A stretch of 38,356 nt of DNA from an uncultured Thermococci archaeon (GTDB lineage: Archaea > Methanobacteriota_B > Thermococci > Thermococcales > Thermococcaceae), in assembly GCA_964487115.1 (NCBI GenBank), contig CAZAPD010000033.1, positions 1-38,356 of the forward strand, given 5' to 3'. A program made the position numbers and the translations under genes. Shown here piece by piece: positions 11,514-20,313 of this stretch; within the stretch, counting starts at the first letter, position 1; the number at the start of each line of letters is the position of its first letter. The notes below the pieces were generated by a model that had not been told where the DNA came from, made no database searches, and saw only the letters and a list, made by a program, of their open reading frames with translations.

Positions 11514-13705
11514 CAACGCTCCCTCCAGACCCTTAATGTCATCTGGACTGGTGTAAACAATCCACTAGGAATGTTACCCATATTAGCGAATTCGATATTT
11601 ACTGTAGAAGGTAGCTCCACTTGAATTGGGTCTGTAGACGTTCCATCTCCTCCAAGATTGTTAAACAACCTTATAATTGCATCATCCACAGCATAAGTAG
11701 TTCTTCCTTGTAATAAATCTGCAGCTGTTACATTACAATATGGTGAAGTACCCGCATAGATATAATGGGGGTTTGTATCCCCAACCCAATAATATGTTAT
11801 ATTATAACCATTACATCCCCCGCGTAGTAACTTTGGGAAAACCTTTCCATAACCAGCATAAGCTTGTATTAAATACGTGAATTCACCTTGACCATTACTA
11901 GGTTGGAGATAGTAACCATATCCCAAGTCAACTGAGAGAGTATTTGTTCCAGTTGAAATCGCATTGTTCAATGGTTGAGAGTTCCAGTCAAATGTATCAG
12001 CCATGTATCCAATTTGTGCCAGATGGATAAACGGACTCGAAGGGACACAGCTGTCACCGTAACAATGTATATATGTTGGAGTTATATTCTGACTATCCAC
12101 TTCAATTTTTTGATATGGATCGGTTCCGGTATAATATAACCATGGATTTTGAATAAATGCCCAGAGAGGCTGTGTTCCATTTGGGATATCAAACGTCCAT
12201 TCAATATTGCTACAATACCCATATGAATTACAATTTGTAGCAACATAATTTGTTAAGGGTTTTGTTATGTCAACTGAATACTGGCTGAGAAGTATGTTGG
12301 ACACATAATCCAAATTGATGTATGATTGGGAGCCTATCAAATGTACCCGATAACCATTATAATAAGTATCCTTGTCTCCAATAAAGACTTTTACAACCGT
12401 TGTTTTTGCTGAAATATATCTATAATCATAACCACTGTTTTCAATAGCGGTTGAAAGAGTCGAATTATCCCAATAACATGTTTTAATTCTATTAACGCTG
12501 TCATAAGAACATGAAGTTGGATTTATAAGAATACCATCAGCGCTCGTACCAAGCATGAACCTTAGACTTATTGGCATGGTACTTGACACATTTCCCGCTG
12601 CAACCTGAATTTCCATAGAGTTTAACTTGCCCGGGACAAATAGGAATTTCCACAGTTCAATTCCATAATATGAGGAAACATCTTCCAAATAAACTTTCTT
12701 TTTTAACTGCAATGTCGTAGGTTGTGTTGTTGTGTAGTTTATTATTATACGTTGAGCTCCATCTTCTCCTCCTCTATTCACATAACCCCCAGAATACCAA
12801 CTATAGCCATAATACGGATTGTAAACCCAGACCTCAAATATATTTTCCCTATTTGGATCAAAGTTTTCTATTAAGTTACAAGTTGTATCTGTTGGGGTAT
12901 CTATGATCTCGTCATTGTATTGTACATAGTTCCATGTATAATATCCATTACATGTAACTGGATTACCATTAATAAAAAGCCGATAGTAAGAATCAGTCCA
13001 TGCAGGCTCGATAAACCACTTTATTTCTTGGATCTGAGCATCTGATGGAATATCGCCTCGTGGAATTATATATTTAATGACAACATATTCAGAACTACTG
13101 GGGGCTGCTGATTCAATATATCCGCCCCTTAGGATATAGAGATTCTCCTTACTCCCAAGTTTTGTTAAATATGCCCGTGCCATGTATCCTCTCGGCGTCT
13201 GATTGTATGCATATCCAGTTAAAGATATCGTAGAAGCTGATACATCACGGGCTTCCACATAGTTCGCACCTATTTTTGAAAGATATGGGCTGGTATAGTT
13301 ATTGATAATTAGCTGATAGTTATACCCTTTTAATGTGTTATTAAGTATATATCCAAGAATTATTTCAGCCTTATTTGTCAGGTTTGCAGAAGGATAGACT
13401 GGAGAAGCGGCCCAGTATGTTGCAGCGATTTCAAGGGGTGACATTGTAGGATTTACAAGGCTTGAATTTAATATTCCATTACTAATCCAATCTTCTATTT
13501 TTTGGGATGGCACCAAATTCTCTAACGGAGTTGTTCTCAGTAGTTCTAATACATTTTGAGCAGTATAAGCATTTTGAGAGCGTATATATGTGGAATAAAC
13601 ATTTATACTCTGGGATTGGATGGATATAATGCTAGTGACAAATATAACAACTAAAACCAGAGATAGGAGAGCATCCAATGTAAATACAAATCCTTTCCTC
13701 CTCAT
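11513..13705 (-). CDS. Large class III-signal (pilin-like) putative adhesin, rich in Tyr/Asn/Cys
   Basis: N-terminus MRRKG|FVFTLDALLSLVLVVIFV; C-terminus 'TLRVWR'; several closely spaced Cys pairs; ATGA overlap with the upstream gene. Confidence 0.75.
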   Translation of the reverse strand: MRRKGFVFTLDALLSLVLVVIFVTSIISIQSQSINVYSTYIRSQNAYTAQNVLELLRTTPLENLVPSQKIEDWISNGILNSSLVNPTMSPLEIAATYWAASPVYPSANLTNKAEIILGYILNNTLKGYNYQLIINNYTSPYLSKIGANYVEARDVSASTISLTGYAYNQTPRGYMARAYLTKLGSKENLYILRGGYIESAAPSSSEYVVIKYIIPRGDIPSDAQIQEIKWFIEPAWTDSYYRLFINGNPVTCNGYYTWNYVQYNDEIIDTPTDTTCNLIENFDPNRENIFEVWVYNPYYGYSWYSGGYVNRGGEDGAQRIIINYTTTQPTTLQLKKKVYLEDVSSYYGIELWKFLFVPGKLNSMEIQVAAGNVSSTMPISLRFMLGTSADGILINPTSCSYDSVNRIKTCYWDNSTLSTAIENSGYDYRYISAKTTVVKVFIGDKDTYYNGYRVHLIGSQSYINLDYVSNILLSQYSVDITKPLTNYVATNCNSYGYCSNIEWTFDIPNGTQPLWAFIQNPWLYYTGTDPYQKIEVDSQNITPTYIHCYGDSCVPSSPFIHLAQIGYMADTFDWNSQPLNNAISTGTNTLSVDLGYGYYLQPSNGQGEFTYLIQAYAGYGKVFPKLLRGGCNGYNITYYWVGDTNPHYIYAGTSPYCNVTAADLLQGRTTYAVDDAIIRLFNNLGGDGTSTDPIQVELPSTVNIEFANMGNIPSGLFTPVQMTLRVWRER

Positions 13706-14733
13706 GGCTCCCACATCCACAATTTTAATATGGCCGGTTCAAGTCTTGGACCAAGAATCACACCTAATCCATTTAAATCACGCATTATTACGGTCCCTGT
13801 AAAGGTATTCTCATATACCCATATATTAACGATTTTAATTGTGTTTTCAGAATTAAACTCCTCAAATAGAGAACTCCACGGAATTGCCACAGTGGTGAGA
13901 TTACCTACATAGGAAATAACACTATTATTCTCTGTAATAATTGTGGCATTTACATTAGAAGTCGCAGATTTTTTCTGAATTACCAAGGCTTTTCCCTGAT
14001 TCCCATCCAACACGGAAAATATAATATGCCCCGCTTCATTCAAAGGCACATCTATCTCAAACATCGAATATGGGGGCACATTATTTTTCAATATCCCAGA
14101 AAGAATCTCATGATGTTGTGATATGTTGACCTGAGCATAATATACCCTTCTCGCAAGGATTATGTTTTTATGCTGATATAATATCCATCTTGCATTTGAT
14201 TTTGAACTGTTTATAATACCTTCGTTGGTCACTAAAGATCCGTTTATAAAAGTTATATTAAATGTGGGCTTAGACAAGTTTGAGGCATATACATACGACA
14301 CATTCACCACCTGAACATTGAGAGGTGAAGTAGAGATAACATTGAGGTCGACACTGATGTTTGTTAAATATATATTTAGTTGAAAATTCCTGTGAGAGCT
14401 TAAGTTGAGAAGACTACTTCTTATATTAGATGAATTGATATTCTTCACAAGTGTTATTAATTTTATGTAATCATCAGCATAAGCATATTCATTGCTCCGC
14501 AATCCAATAGATTTCAAGGTTGAAACATTAAGCTCCCAATTTTCAGGTTCTCCAGGACTCTTCGTGAGCACGTCTAACATGTTATTAGCCAAATTAGCTC
14601 TATTGTACCATCCAACAAGATCTGTTATCTCCGTTGTTATCGTCTCGCTTGTATTTAAAACTACTCCAAGCACCATTATAACCAAGACCATTGATAACAG
14701 AGCATCTAATGAAAATATTTGAGCCCTTCTCAT
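13702..14733 (-). CDS. Class III-signal minor pilin-like protein (343 aa)
   Basis: MRRA|QIFSLDALLSMVLVIMVLGVV; 'LD.L..SPG.PENW' motif; C-terminal 'LKLWMW'. Confidence 0.8.
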   Translation of the reverse strand: MRRAQIFSLDALLSMVLVIMVLGVVLNTSETITTEITDLVGWYNRANLANNMLDVLTKSPGEPENWELNVSTLKSIGLRSNEYAYADDYIKLITLVKNINSSNIRSSLLNLSSHRNFQLNIYLTNISVDLNVISTSPLNVQVVNVSYVYASNLSKPTFNITFINGSLVTNEGIINSSKSNARWILYQHKNIILARRVYYAQVNISQHHEILSGILKNNVPPYSMFEIDVPLNEAGHIIFSVLDGNQGKALVIQKKSATSNVNATIITENNSVISYVGNLTTVAIPWSSLFEEFNSENTIKIVNIWVYENTFTGTVIMRDLNGLGVILGPRLEPAILKLWMWEP

Positions 14734-15209
14734 TGTATCTTCACTTCCACAATTATAATAACCTTTTTGCCGTTATAAATTAAATTATTATAAGCATCAA
14801 TCTTAGCAGAGGAGTGCTGGACAACGTATGCTCTGATAAAATTTAATATCCCATTACTAACGGCCTGTTCATTCTGTACAAACCCAGAGCTCATTATATT
14901 GACTCTAATATAAATTGTGCCATTGACTTCTGAATACTGCACATTCTTTAAATAAAGATTATATTTCATTCCTGAAGTCAGCAGTGGATTTAAATAAAAG
15001 TAGGTATCATTAGTATCTTTTACAACAACACCCATGTTGAGATAGTCACACGCAATGTCAGCAGAGGAACGAATCAGGGATATAATCGAAGTACTAATAT
15101 TACTACTGAGATAATTTGGGATTACAACCGCTACCCCAAACAGTATTATGCTTAGTATTAACAAAAGTTCCAGTGAAGTCTGCGCTTTTCTATGTCCTAA
15201 AGGTAACAT
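14730..15209 (-). CDS. Class III-signal pilin-like protein
   Basis: RKA|QTSLELLLILSIILFGVAVV (QxSxE motif). Start is 15209 or 15218. Confidence 0.8.
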   Translation of the reverse strand: MLPLGHRKAQTSLELLLILSIILFGVAVVIPNYLSSNISTSIISLIRSSADIACDYLNMGVVVKDTNDTYFYLNPLLTSGMKYNLYLKNVQYSEVNGTIYIRVNIMSSGFVQNEQAVSNGILNFIRAYVVQHSSAKIDAYNNLIYNGKKVIIIVEVKIQ

Positions 15210-15627
15210 AGATGACATCCCCCGTTCTATTAACTTCAATCCAAAATGATGTGACAGTACTATTTAATACAACACGAGAATCAACATAAATCGGAACGGT
15301 GATATTCTGAACAACATAATATCGAACATTATCTATAGTAGCATTGATCTGAAGAACATTTAGTGTGGAGTTTAACGTTACAATTATGTTATCTCCCGCA
15401 TTCAAGGTAAATGGTACTTGCTTCCTTAAAGAATATCCCTCCCCAATTGAATAGGCTTTTATAACAGTGTCCCTTAAATCAATCGAGAAAATCTTCAGTC
15501 GAGCTGTTACATCAAGAGTCTGTGTGTAGGTAATCTGCTCATCAGCAGTGTATATTATATTTAACATTGTTATAGCTATGAGAGTTACAGCGAATAATAA
15601 ATCTAAGCTAAGCTGCCCACGTTTCAT
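15190..15627 (-). CDS. Class III-signal pilin-like protein
   Basis: MKRG|QLSLDLLFAVTLIAITMLNII. Confidence 0.8.
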   Translation of the reverse strand: MKRGQLSLDLLFAVTLIAITMLNIIYTADEQITYTQTLDVTARLKIFSIDLRDTVIKAYSIGEGYSLRKQVPFTLNAGDNIIVTLNSTLNVLQINATIDNVRYYVVQNITVPIYVDSRVVLNSTVTSFWIEVNRTGDVIYVTFRT

Positions 15628-15628
15628 C

Positions 15629-16249
15629 TCAACCACCCGGGTTGATGTTTATATACAAATATCCCACAGTAGAATTAAAGCTCCAGATTTCGCCTGAGTC
15701 AGGATTCCACTCAACTATAACCCGCATGGTTGAGTTGAGGTCGGAGGGTGGTATTCTCAAACCATAAACTGTTGTTCCATTTATTAGGATAGAACTCCCA
15801 AATGTCGCATCCCAGATATTTGAATTGTTATACAAGACAGCTGGATATAACGAAGGAGACCAAAACACATTTTTATCAGGTCCATTGAAATTTAAGACTG
15901 GAGTTGTAGAATTAATAACCGTTATATTTACTCCTCTATCATACGTTACAAAGATATAAGGACTATTTAATCCATATGCCTTTCTGAGCATTCCTGCATC
16001 CTTGAGATAAGTCAGTTTAACATATGCAGTAGCCTTTGATCCGGGTCCCTGAGCATAAACTTGAGAAATTGTGTTCGATATAATATTAGCAAAGTTCTTC
16101 TCTTCAAGGCTTATTTGAATTATAAGCGTCTGTTGAGAAGCAGAATTATTACTGAACGAAATGTTATTGATAGAATACACTAACATTACAACAAGAATCG
16201 CAAAGACCAGCATAAATTCAAGGGAAACTTGACCTCTACGCCCATACAT
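15629..16249 (-). CDS. Class III-signal type IV pilin (QxSxE type)
   Basis: MYGRRG|QVSLEFMLVFAILVVMLVY is a canonical cleavage site with +1 Q and +5 E; also 'VYAQGPGSK'. Confidence 0.87.
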   Translation of the reverse strand: MYGRRGQVSLEFMLVFAILVVMLVYSINNISFSNNSASQQTLIIQISLEEKNFANIISNTISQVYAQGPGSKATAYVKLTYLKDAGMLRKAYGLNSPYIFVTYDRGVNITVINSTTPVLNFNGPDKNVFWSPSLYPAVLYNNSNIWDATFGSSILINGTTVYGLRIPPSDLNSTMRVIVEWNPDSGEIWSFNSTVGYLYININPGG

Positions 16250-16252
16250 CTT

Positions 16253-16915
16253 CTAACCCTCTATTGAATGATTAGAAGAGGTCATATTTAACAGTTGCCT
16301 CTCTCCATCCAAAGAAACAATCGCATACCTCTGATTCCTGATCTTTTTAGTTGAGATACCAAAGTAGTCATAATTGAATATCTTAAATTTATAGCCGGTT
16401 GGATTAAGTGCATACCTCTTAACAAGTTCTCCCATTTCATCTATAAAAAACTGAGAAAGCTCGTAATATATCAAATCAAGTCTATTCTTCTGGTAATCTT
16501 TCATATAAAACAGCAAAGGTAAATATGCTACCCCTATAATGATCCATGGGATTCCGGTAGCTAATGTTCCGATGCCAGTAATAAGAATTATTATTCCAAA
16601 GACAAAATAGGCAATCTTAACAATTCTTTTTATCTTTTTAGCCTCATAGACCTTGTTCTCCCATATGTCAAGAAGCATGGGGTTATAGAAGTCAAAAGCC
16701 GTGTGCCTTTTTCCCTTTGCAATTCGTTGCCTGATAAGCTCATCCCAATCATCCTCGTAGTAAATAACCTCCCCTTTATTCCTCGCTCTCTCCGCATCCA
16801 GGGAAGATATAATCCTTATTATATCCTCGGCGCTTTCATGAGCAATATGAGAGTAGACCCCCTTCTCATCAAGATCCAAAGCAACCTCCACTGAATCCCT
16901 CACCTGCTCAGCCAT
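16253..16915 (-). CDS. Hypothetical membrane protein (central 2-TM hairpin)
   Basis: Charged ~100-aa N-terminal domain, then hydrophobic IAYFVFGIIILITGIG and IPWIIIGVAYLPLLFY. Start overlaps the end of the cetZ-like gene. Confidence 0.75.
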   Translation of the reverse strand: MAEQVRDSVEVALDLDEKGVYSHIAHESAEDIIRIISSLDAERARNKGEVIYYEDDWDELIRQRIAKGKRHTAFDFYNPMLLDIWENKVYEAKKIKRIVKIAYFVFGIIILITGIGTLATGIPWIIIGVAYLPLLFYMKDYQKNRLDLIYYELSQFFIDEMGELVKRYALNPTGYKFKIFNYDYFGISTKKIRNQRYAIVSLDGERQLLNMTSSNHSIEG

Positions 16916-18002
16916 CTACCTCACCTGGATATATATCATCAAAGTCCGGCAAACCTTCAAGGAGTTCGGTTTTTCTTATTTCAGCCTCCTTCTTCGCTTC
17001 CATAAACGACTGAGCATACTTCTTGGCAGTTATTACAATGTTCTCTATGCTCTTACTTTCATAAATCCCGCTCAGCAGAGTAACTACTTCTATATCCCTT
17101 TCCCTTGGGTCTGGATAGAATCCACGGAAAATTTGCTTTCCTCTTATCTTCTTTGTCAGATAATCGAGAGCTTCGAATATCTCACTCGCCTTAAGAACCT
17201 CAGGCGGTCCATGAATTGCAACAAGTCCATAGAGGGCAGATTCAATGTTAGCTTCCAGATAAAGCCCTTCAGATTCAAATGATTTTATTATGAGTTTGGA
17301 TAGATTTCTTATCCTGCTGGCATCAGCTTTTGCATAACCCACTGTGGCAAAGCTTCCAAATGCTTTGAGAACAAACTTCAAATCGCTGGCATCAAGAGTT
17401 TGTTCTCCGGGAATATCAATAAGAGCCAGAAGCGAGGCTATTCTCTCCACAATAGTGTAGTTTATCTTTTCATATGCCCTTGTTATATCCTCCCCGCTTT
17501 CCTTGAGCTTGTTGTTGTCTATAGCTATTATGGAGTCTGCAACTTTGGAGAGCTTGTCTATAGTTATCGCTGCATTTATTGTAGGTCTTATCCCCTCCTC
17601 CCTGAGTGGCAGTGCACCGATGGCAACGACGAGGGATTCTGGATACTCTTCCTTTAACGCCTCAGCTAAAACAGGCGTTCCACCAGCTCCTGTACCTCCA
17701 CCAAAGCCAAATGTTAAGAAGAAAATGTCAACATCCTCATAACCAATCAGGGAGTTTATCTTTCTCATGACAAGCGGCAGGTCCCTTTTCATAGCTTCTC
17801 TTCCAAGCACAGGATTAGCGTTTACTCCTTTACCTCCAGTTAGGGATTCTCCTATCAATATTCTTCTTTCATGCGGTATGTGCTTTAGATATTCGAGATC
17901 CCCTCGGGATGTGTTTACTGCCAGTGCCTCAAAGTCGACCAGTGCAAATATATCAGCTATTTTAGTTCCACTCTGTCCTATTCCTATTATCAGTGCCCTC
18001 AT
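16908..18002 (-). CDS. cetZ: Tubulin/FtsZ-superfamily GTPase, CetZ-like (non-canonical FtsZ)
   Basis: GGGTGAG tubulin signature. The N-terminal loop is GIGQSGTKIA (GQ type, unlike FtsZ GGGG/GAG). Also G.GVNANP..G and IDNN. The T7 loop is TLDASD instead of FtsZ NxDFAD, and there is no FtsZ N-terminal extension. Confidence 0.85.
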   Translation of the reverse strand: MRALIIGIGQSGTKIADIFALVDFEALAVNTSRGDLEYLKHIPHERRILIGESLTGGKGVNANPVLGREAMKRDLPLVMRKINSLIGYEDVDIFFLTFGFGGGTGAGGTPVLAEALKEEYPESLVVAIGALPLREEGIRPTINAAITIDKLSKVADSIIAIDNNKLKESGEDITRAYEKINYTIVERIASLLALIDIPGEQTLDASDLKFVLKAFGSFATVGYAKADASRIRNLSKLIIKSFESEGLYLEANIESALYGLVAIHGPPEVLKASEIFEALDYLTKKIRGKQIFRGFYPDPRERDIEVVTLLSGIYESKSIENIVITAKKYAQSFMEAKKEAEIRKTELLEGLPDFDDIYPGEVDG

Positions 18003-18010
18003 TTATTTAA

Positions 18011-20257
18011 TCACCCCACCAACATAGCCTCCATTTCCCGAAGCTCTACCTTCCCATCCCTATTTTTATCAGAATATTTTATTACTAAATAGTCGTTGTG
18101 AAGATAGCGTATAAATCCAGACTCAAACAGAGTTCTAACGGCACTTGTGCCCAAGGCACCACTATAAAGGACGAACAACACGTGGCCTTTTTCAGTTACT
18201 CCAGGTATAATGACAATGGTATATTCCGTGCTGTACTTTCTACCCTCAATGCTTATATAGCTCCCGTTAACTTCGTAGGAGATATAGGGGTTGTATGCAT
18301 CTATGTTGAATGTATTAAACGTGCCCAACGCAATATAGTTTCCCTCTCCAACAGTACTTTCATTGGAAATAGTAGCGTTTGTACCAAAAAATTCATGAAT
18401 TGCCTGTGTTACAACCTCAGCAGTGGCACTATCATTATTTGGAGCTATTATCTTAAACTCCTCCTTGGACAAAGCAATAATCAGATCATACAAACTTACA
18501 TGGGGAATAAACTTGAGTTTTATTAGATATGGAACAGCAAGGCCAATATCAACTGGATTATCCAATTCAAGCTTGTCCTCAAGGGTCCAGTTCAAAAGCA
18601 GGTTCGTTGTGTCAGAAGTGAAATCATAACCAAACTTCTGAAGTAGATTCGTTATCCGCACTGTTGTTTCAATCTTCATGTTATTATAACCCTTCCGATA
18701 ACTCCAACTACCATCCGGATTACGCTGGGAGATAATCCATTTGATATAAGGCTGTAACTCCTTCTTGGAAGATATTGGATACAAAGCATTTAGCACGTTC
18801 ATTGTTGTTATCACGTCTGGTATTGTCATGTAGGAGTAGAAATAACCTGATATGTAAGTTCCCCAACCATGTTTTGATAAAGAGAGAAGCCATGATTTTG
18901 CTCTTTGAATATCTGAATCGTTTGCAGGAACACCAAGTTCTAAGAGTGTAGCAACAGCAAATGCGGTATTAATGGGTTGAGGTCCTATAACCTCACTTCC
19001 CCATAGACCGGATTGCAGCTTCACACTTTTTATCGCATCAATAGCTTCTTTCCTCTCCTTATCAGTGAGAGCATTAAACTCCACAAGAGTTTTTATTAGA
19101 TAGTAGTATGATTCAGTTGCCGTATGTAGTTCCCTAAGTCTCAGGGTTTCCTCATTAAAAGCATTTTTCGTCCAATTTAGACCTTTTAATATGTTAGAGG
19201 TTTTTAAATAACAGCTCTGAAGACCTTTTAAGGCGTAATATGTGCTCTTAGGGTCAGACCCATGGAGTGTTGGATAACCCCATCCCCCATCAGAATTTTG
19301 AATTACCTTTAGATACACGCAAAGGCTTGAATACGGAGTCTGGGGTCGTTCTTCGGGGTTTAAGAAGGATCCTGTGATAGATAGTGCCATTAACGCATAA
19401 GCGGATGTTGTAATGGTGTCAGGAGAAGAAAACATCCACGTCTGAGTGTTCCAGAAAAACAAACTGTTACCTTTTTTCTCATTTTCTAAGAGAAGCAGGG
19501 CCTTAGCCATATCAAAATCAAAGGGTTCATACAGTGTTAAAGCATAGGTCAAAATCGCTCTTGCACGGGTGGTGAGAGTTTCATTGAATAATTTTTCTTT
19601 TAATCTTTGAATGGTTCTATTATCAACAGGGTAATCAATGCTTTTATATGCAATAAGTTTTAAACCAAATGCTTCATTCTCTGGTAATTCACAGGAGGAA
19701 ATATTATTCAAATATCCAACCGAGTTCTCTATAACGGAATTATACCATGTATATCCAAGCTCTCCCAATGCCCACACTGCCATTATGGTTGGGTAGCATT
19801 CCTCTTTTGTGTTTGAAACATATCCCCATCCAACTTCACCCTTACTATTTAACAGAAACATCTTTCCCTTTTCAATAGCATCTAATATTTTAGAATATAT
19901 GTTCTGTTGATACATGTATGAACCCTTTATTTTAGCCAGAGCTATGAGAGCATACGCAGTATCGACAACATTGCTGGGACTCCGCGGATAATACCCCCAA
20001 CCTCCATCAGAGTTTTGGTCTTGAAGAAGTTTTTGGGTAAGTTCGTCCAACACAGGTTTCAGATCAATTTCTGTTTTGTCTTTGACAGAATTTAGGGCCA
20101 TTAAAGTCAAACTTAATTCTTGGATTCTTGAGATTTTATCTGAGTTCATGGCTAAAAACTTTGCTGAGCCTTCAAGAAGAGGAACTGCTCCTACATTTAC
20201 ATAAGGGATAATCATGATTGCTACGATTATAAAGACAATTACTCTTTTCCTTTTCAT
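18011..20257 (-). CDS. Secreted prenyltransferase/squalene-oxidase-repeat (alpha/alpha toroid) protein
   Basis: Sec-type signal MKRKRVIVFIIVAIMIIPYVNVGA. Repeats QNSDGGWG (twice), GWGY, SGLWG, HGWG and RNPDGSWS, mostly followed by T(A)xA helices. RBS GAGGTG. Confidence 0.85.
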   Translation of the reverse strand: MKRKRVIVFIIVAIMIIPYVNVGAVPLLEGSAKFLAMNSDKISRIQELSLTLMALNSVKDKTEIDLKPVLDELTQKLLQDQNSDGGWGYYPRSPSNVVDTAYALIALAKIKGSYMYQQNIYSKILDAIEKGKMFLLNSKGEVGWGYVSNTKEECYPTIMAVWALGELGYTWYNSVIENSVGYLNNISSCELPENEAFGLKLIAYKSIDYPVDNRTIQRLKEKLFNETLTTRARAILTYALTLYEPFDFDMAKALLLLENEKKGNSLFFWNTQTWMFSSPDTITTSAYALMALSITGSFLNPEERPQTPYSSLCVYLKVIQNSDGGWGYPTLHGSDPKSTYYALKGLQSCYLKTSNILKGLNWTKNAFNEETLRLRELHTATESYYYLIKTLVEFNALTDKERKEAIDAIKSVKLQSGLWGSEVIGPQPINTAFAVATLLELGVPANDSDIQRAKSWLLSLSKHGWGTYISGYFYSYMTIPDVITTMNVLNALYPISSKKELQPYIKWIISQRNPDGSWSYRKGYNNMKIETTVRITNLLQKFGYDFTSDTTNLLLNWTLEDKLELDNPVDIGLAVPYLIKLKFIPHVSLYDLIIALSKEEFKIIAPNNDSATAEVVTQAIHEFFGTNATISNESTVGEGNYIALGTFNTFNIDAYNPYISYEVNGSYISIEGRKYSTEYTIVIIPGVTEKGHVLFVLYSGALGTSAVRTLFESGFIRYLHNDYLVIKYSDKNRDGKVELREMEAMLVG

Positions 20258-20293
20258 TGTACACACCTCTACCATAGTGATGCGGCTTTAGAA

Positions 20294-20309
20294 TAAATAA
20301 ACTTTTTCC
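20294..20309 (-). promoter_or_regulatory. Putative BRE/TATA promoter of the toroid-cetZ-pilin operon
   Basis: Minus strand reads GGAAAAAG-TTTATTTA about 37 nt upstream of ATG 20257. Confidence 0.55.
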
Positions 20310-20313
20310 AAGT

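Noticed and set aside
16908..18002. Canonical cell-division FtsZ
   Set aside because: The GQ-type first loop, TLDASD T7 loop and non-division gene context point to a CetZ-like protein.
18011..20257. Squalene-hopene or other terpene cyclase call
   Set aside because: The protein has a secretion signal and no DxDD motif; only the repeat fold is shared.
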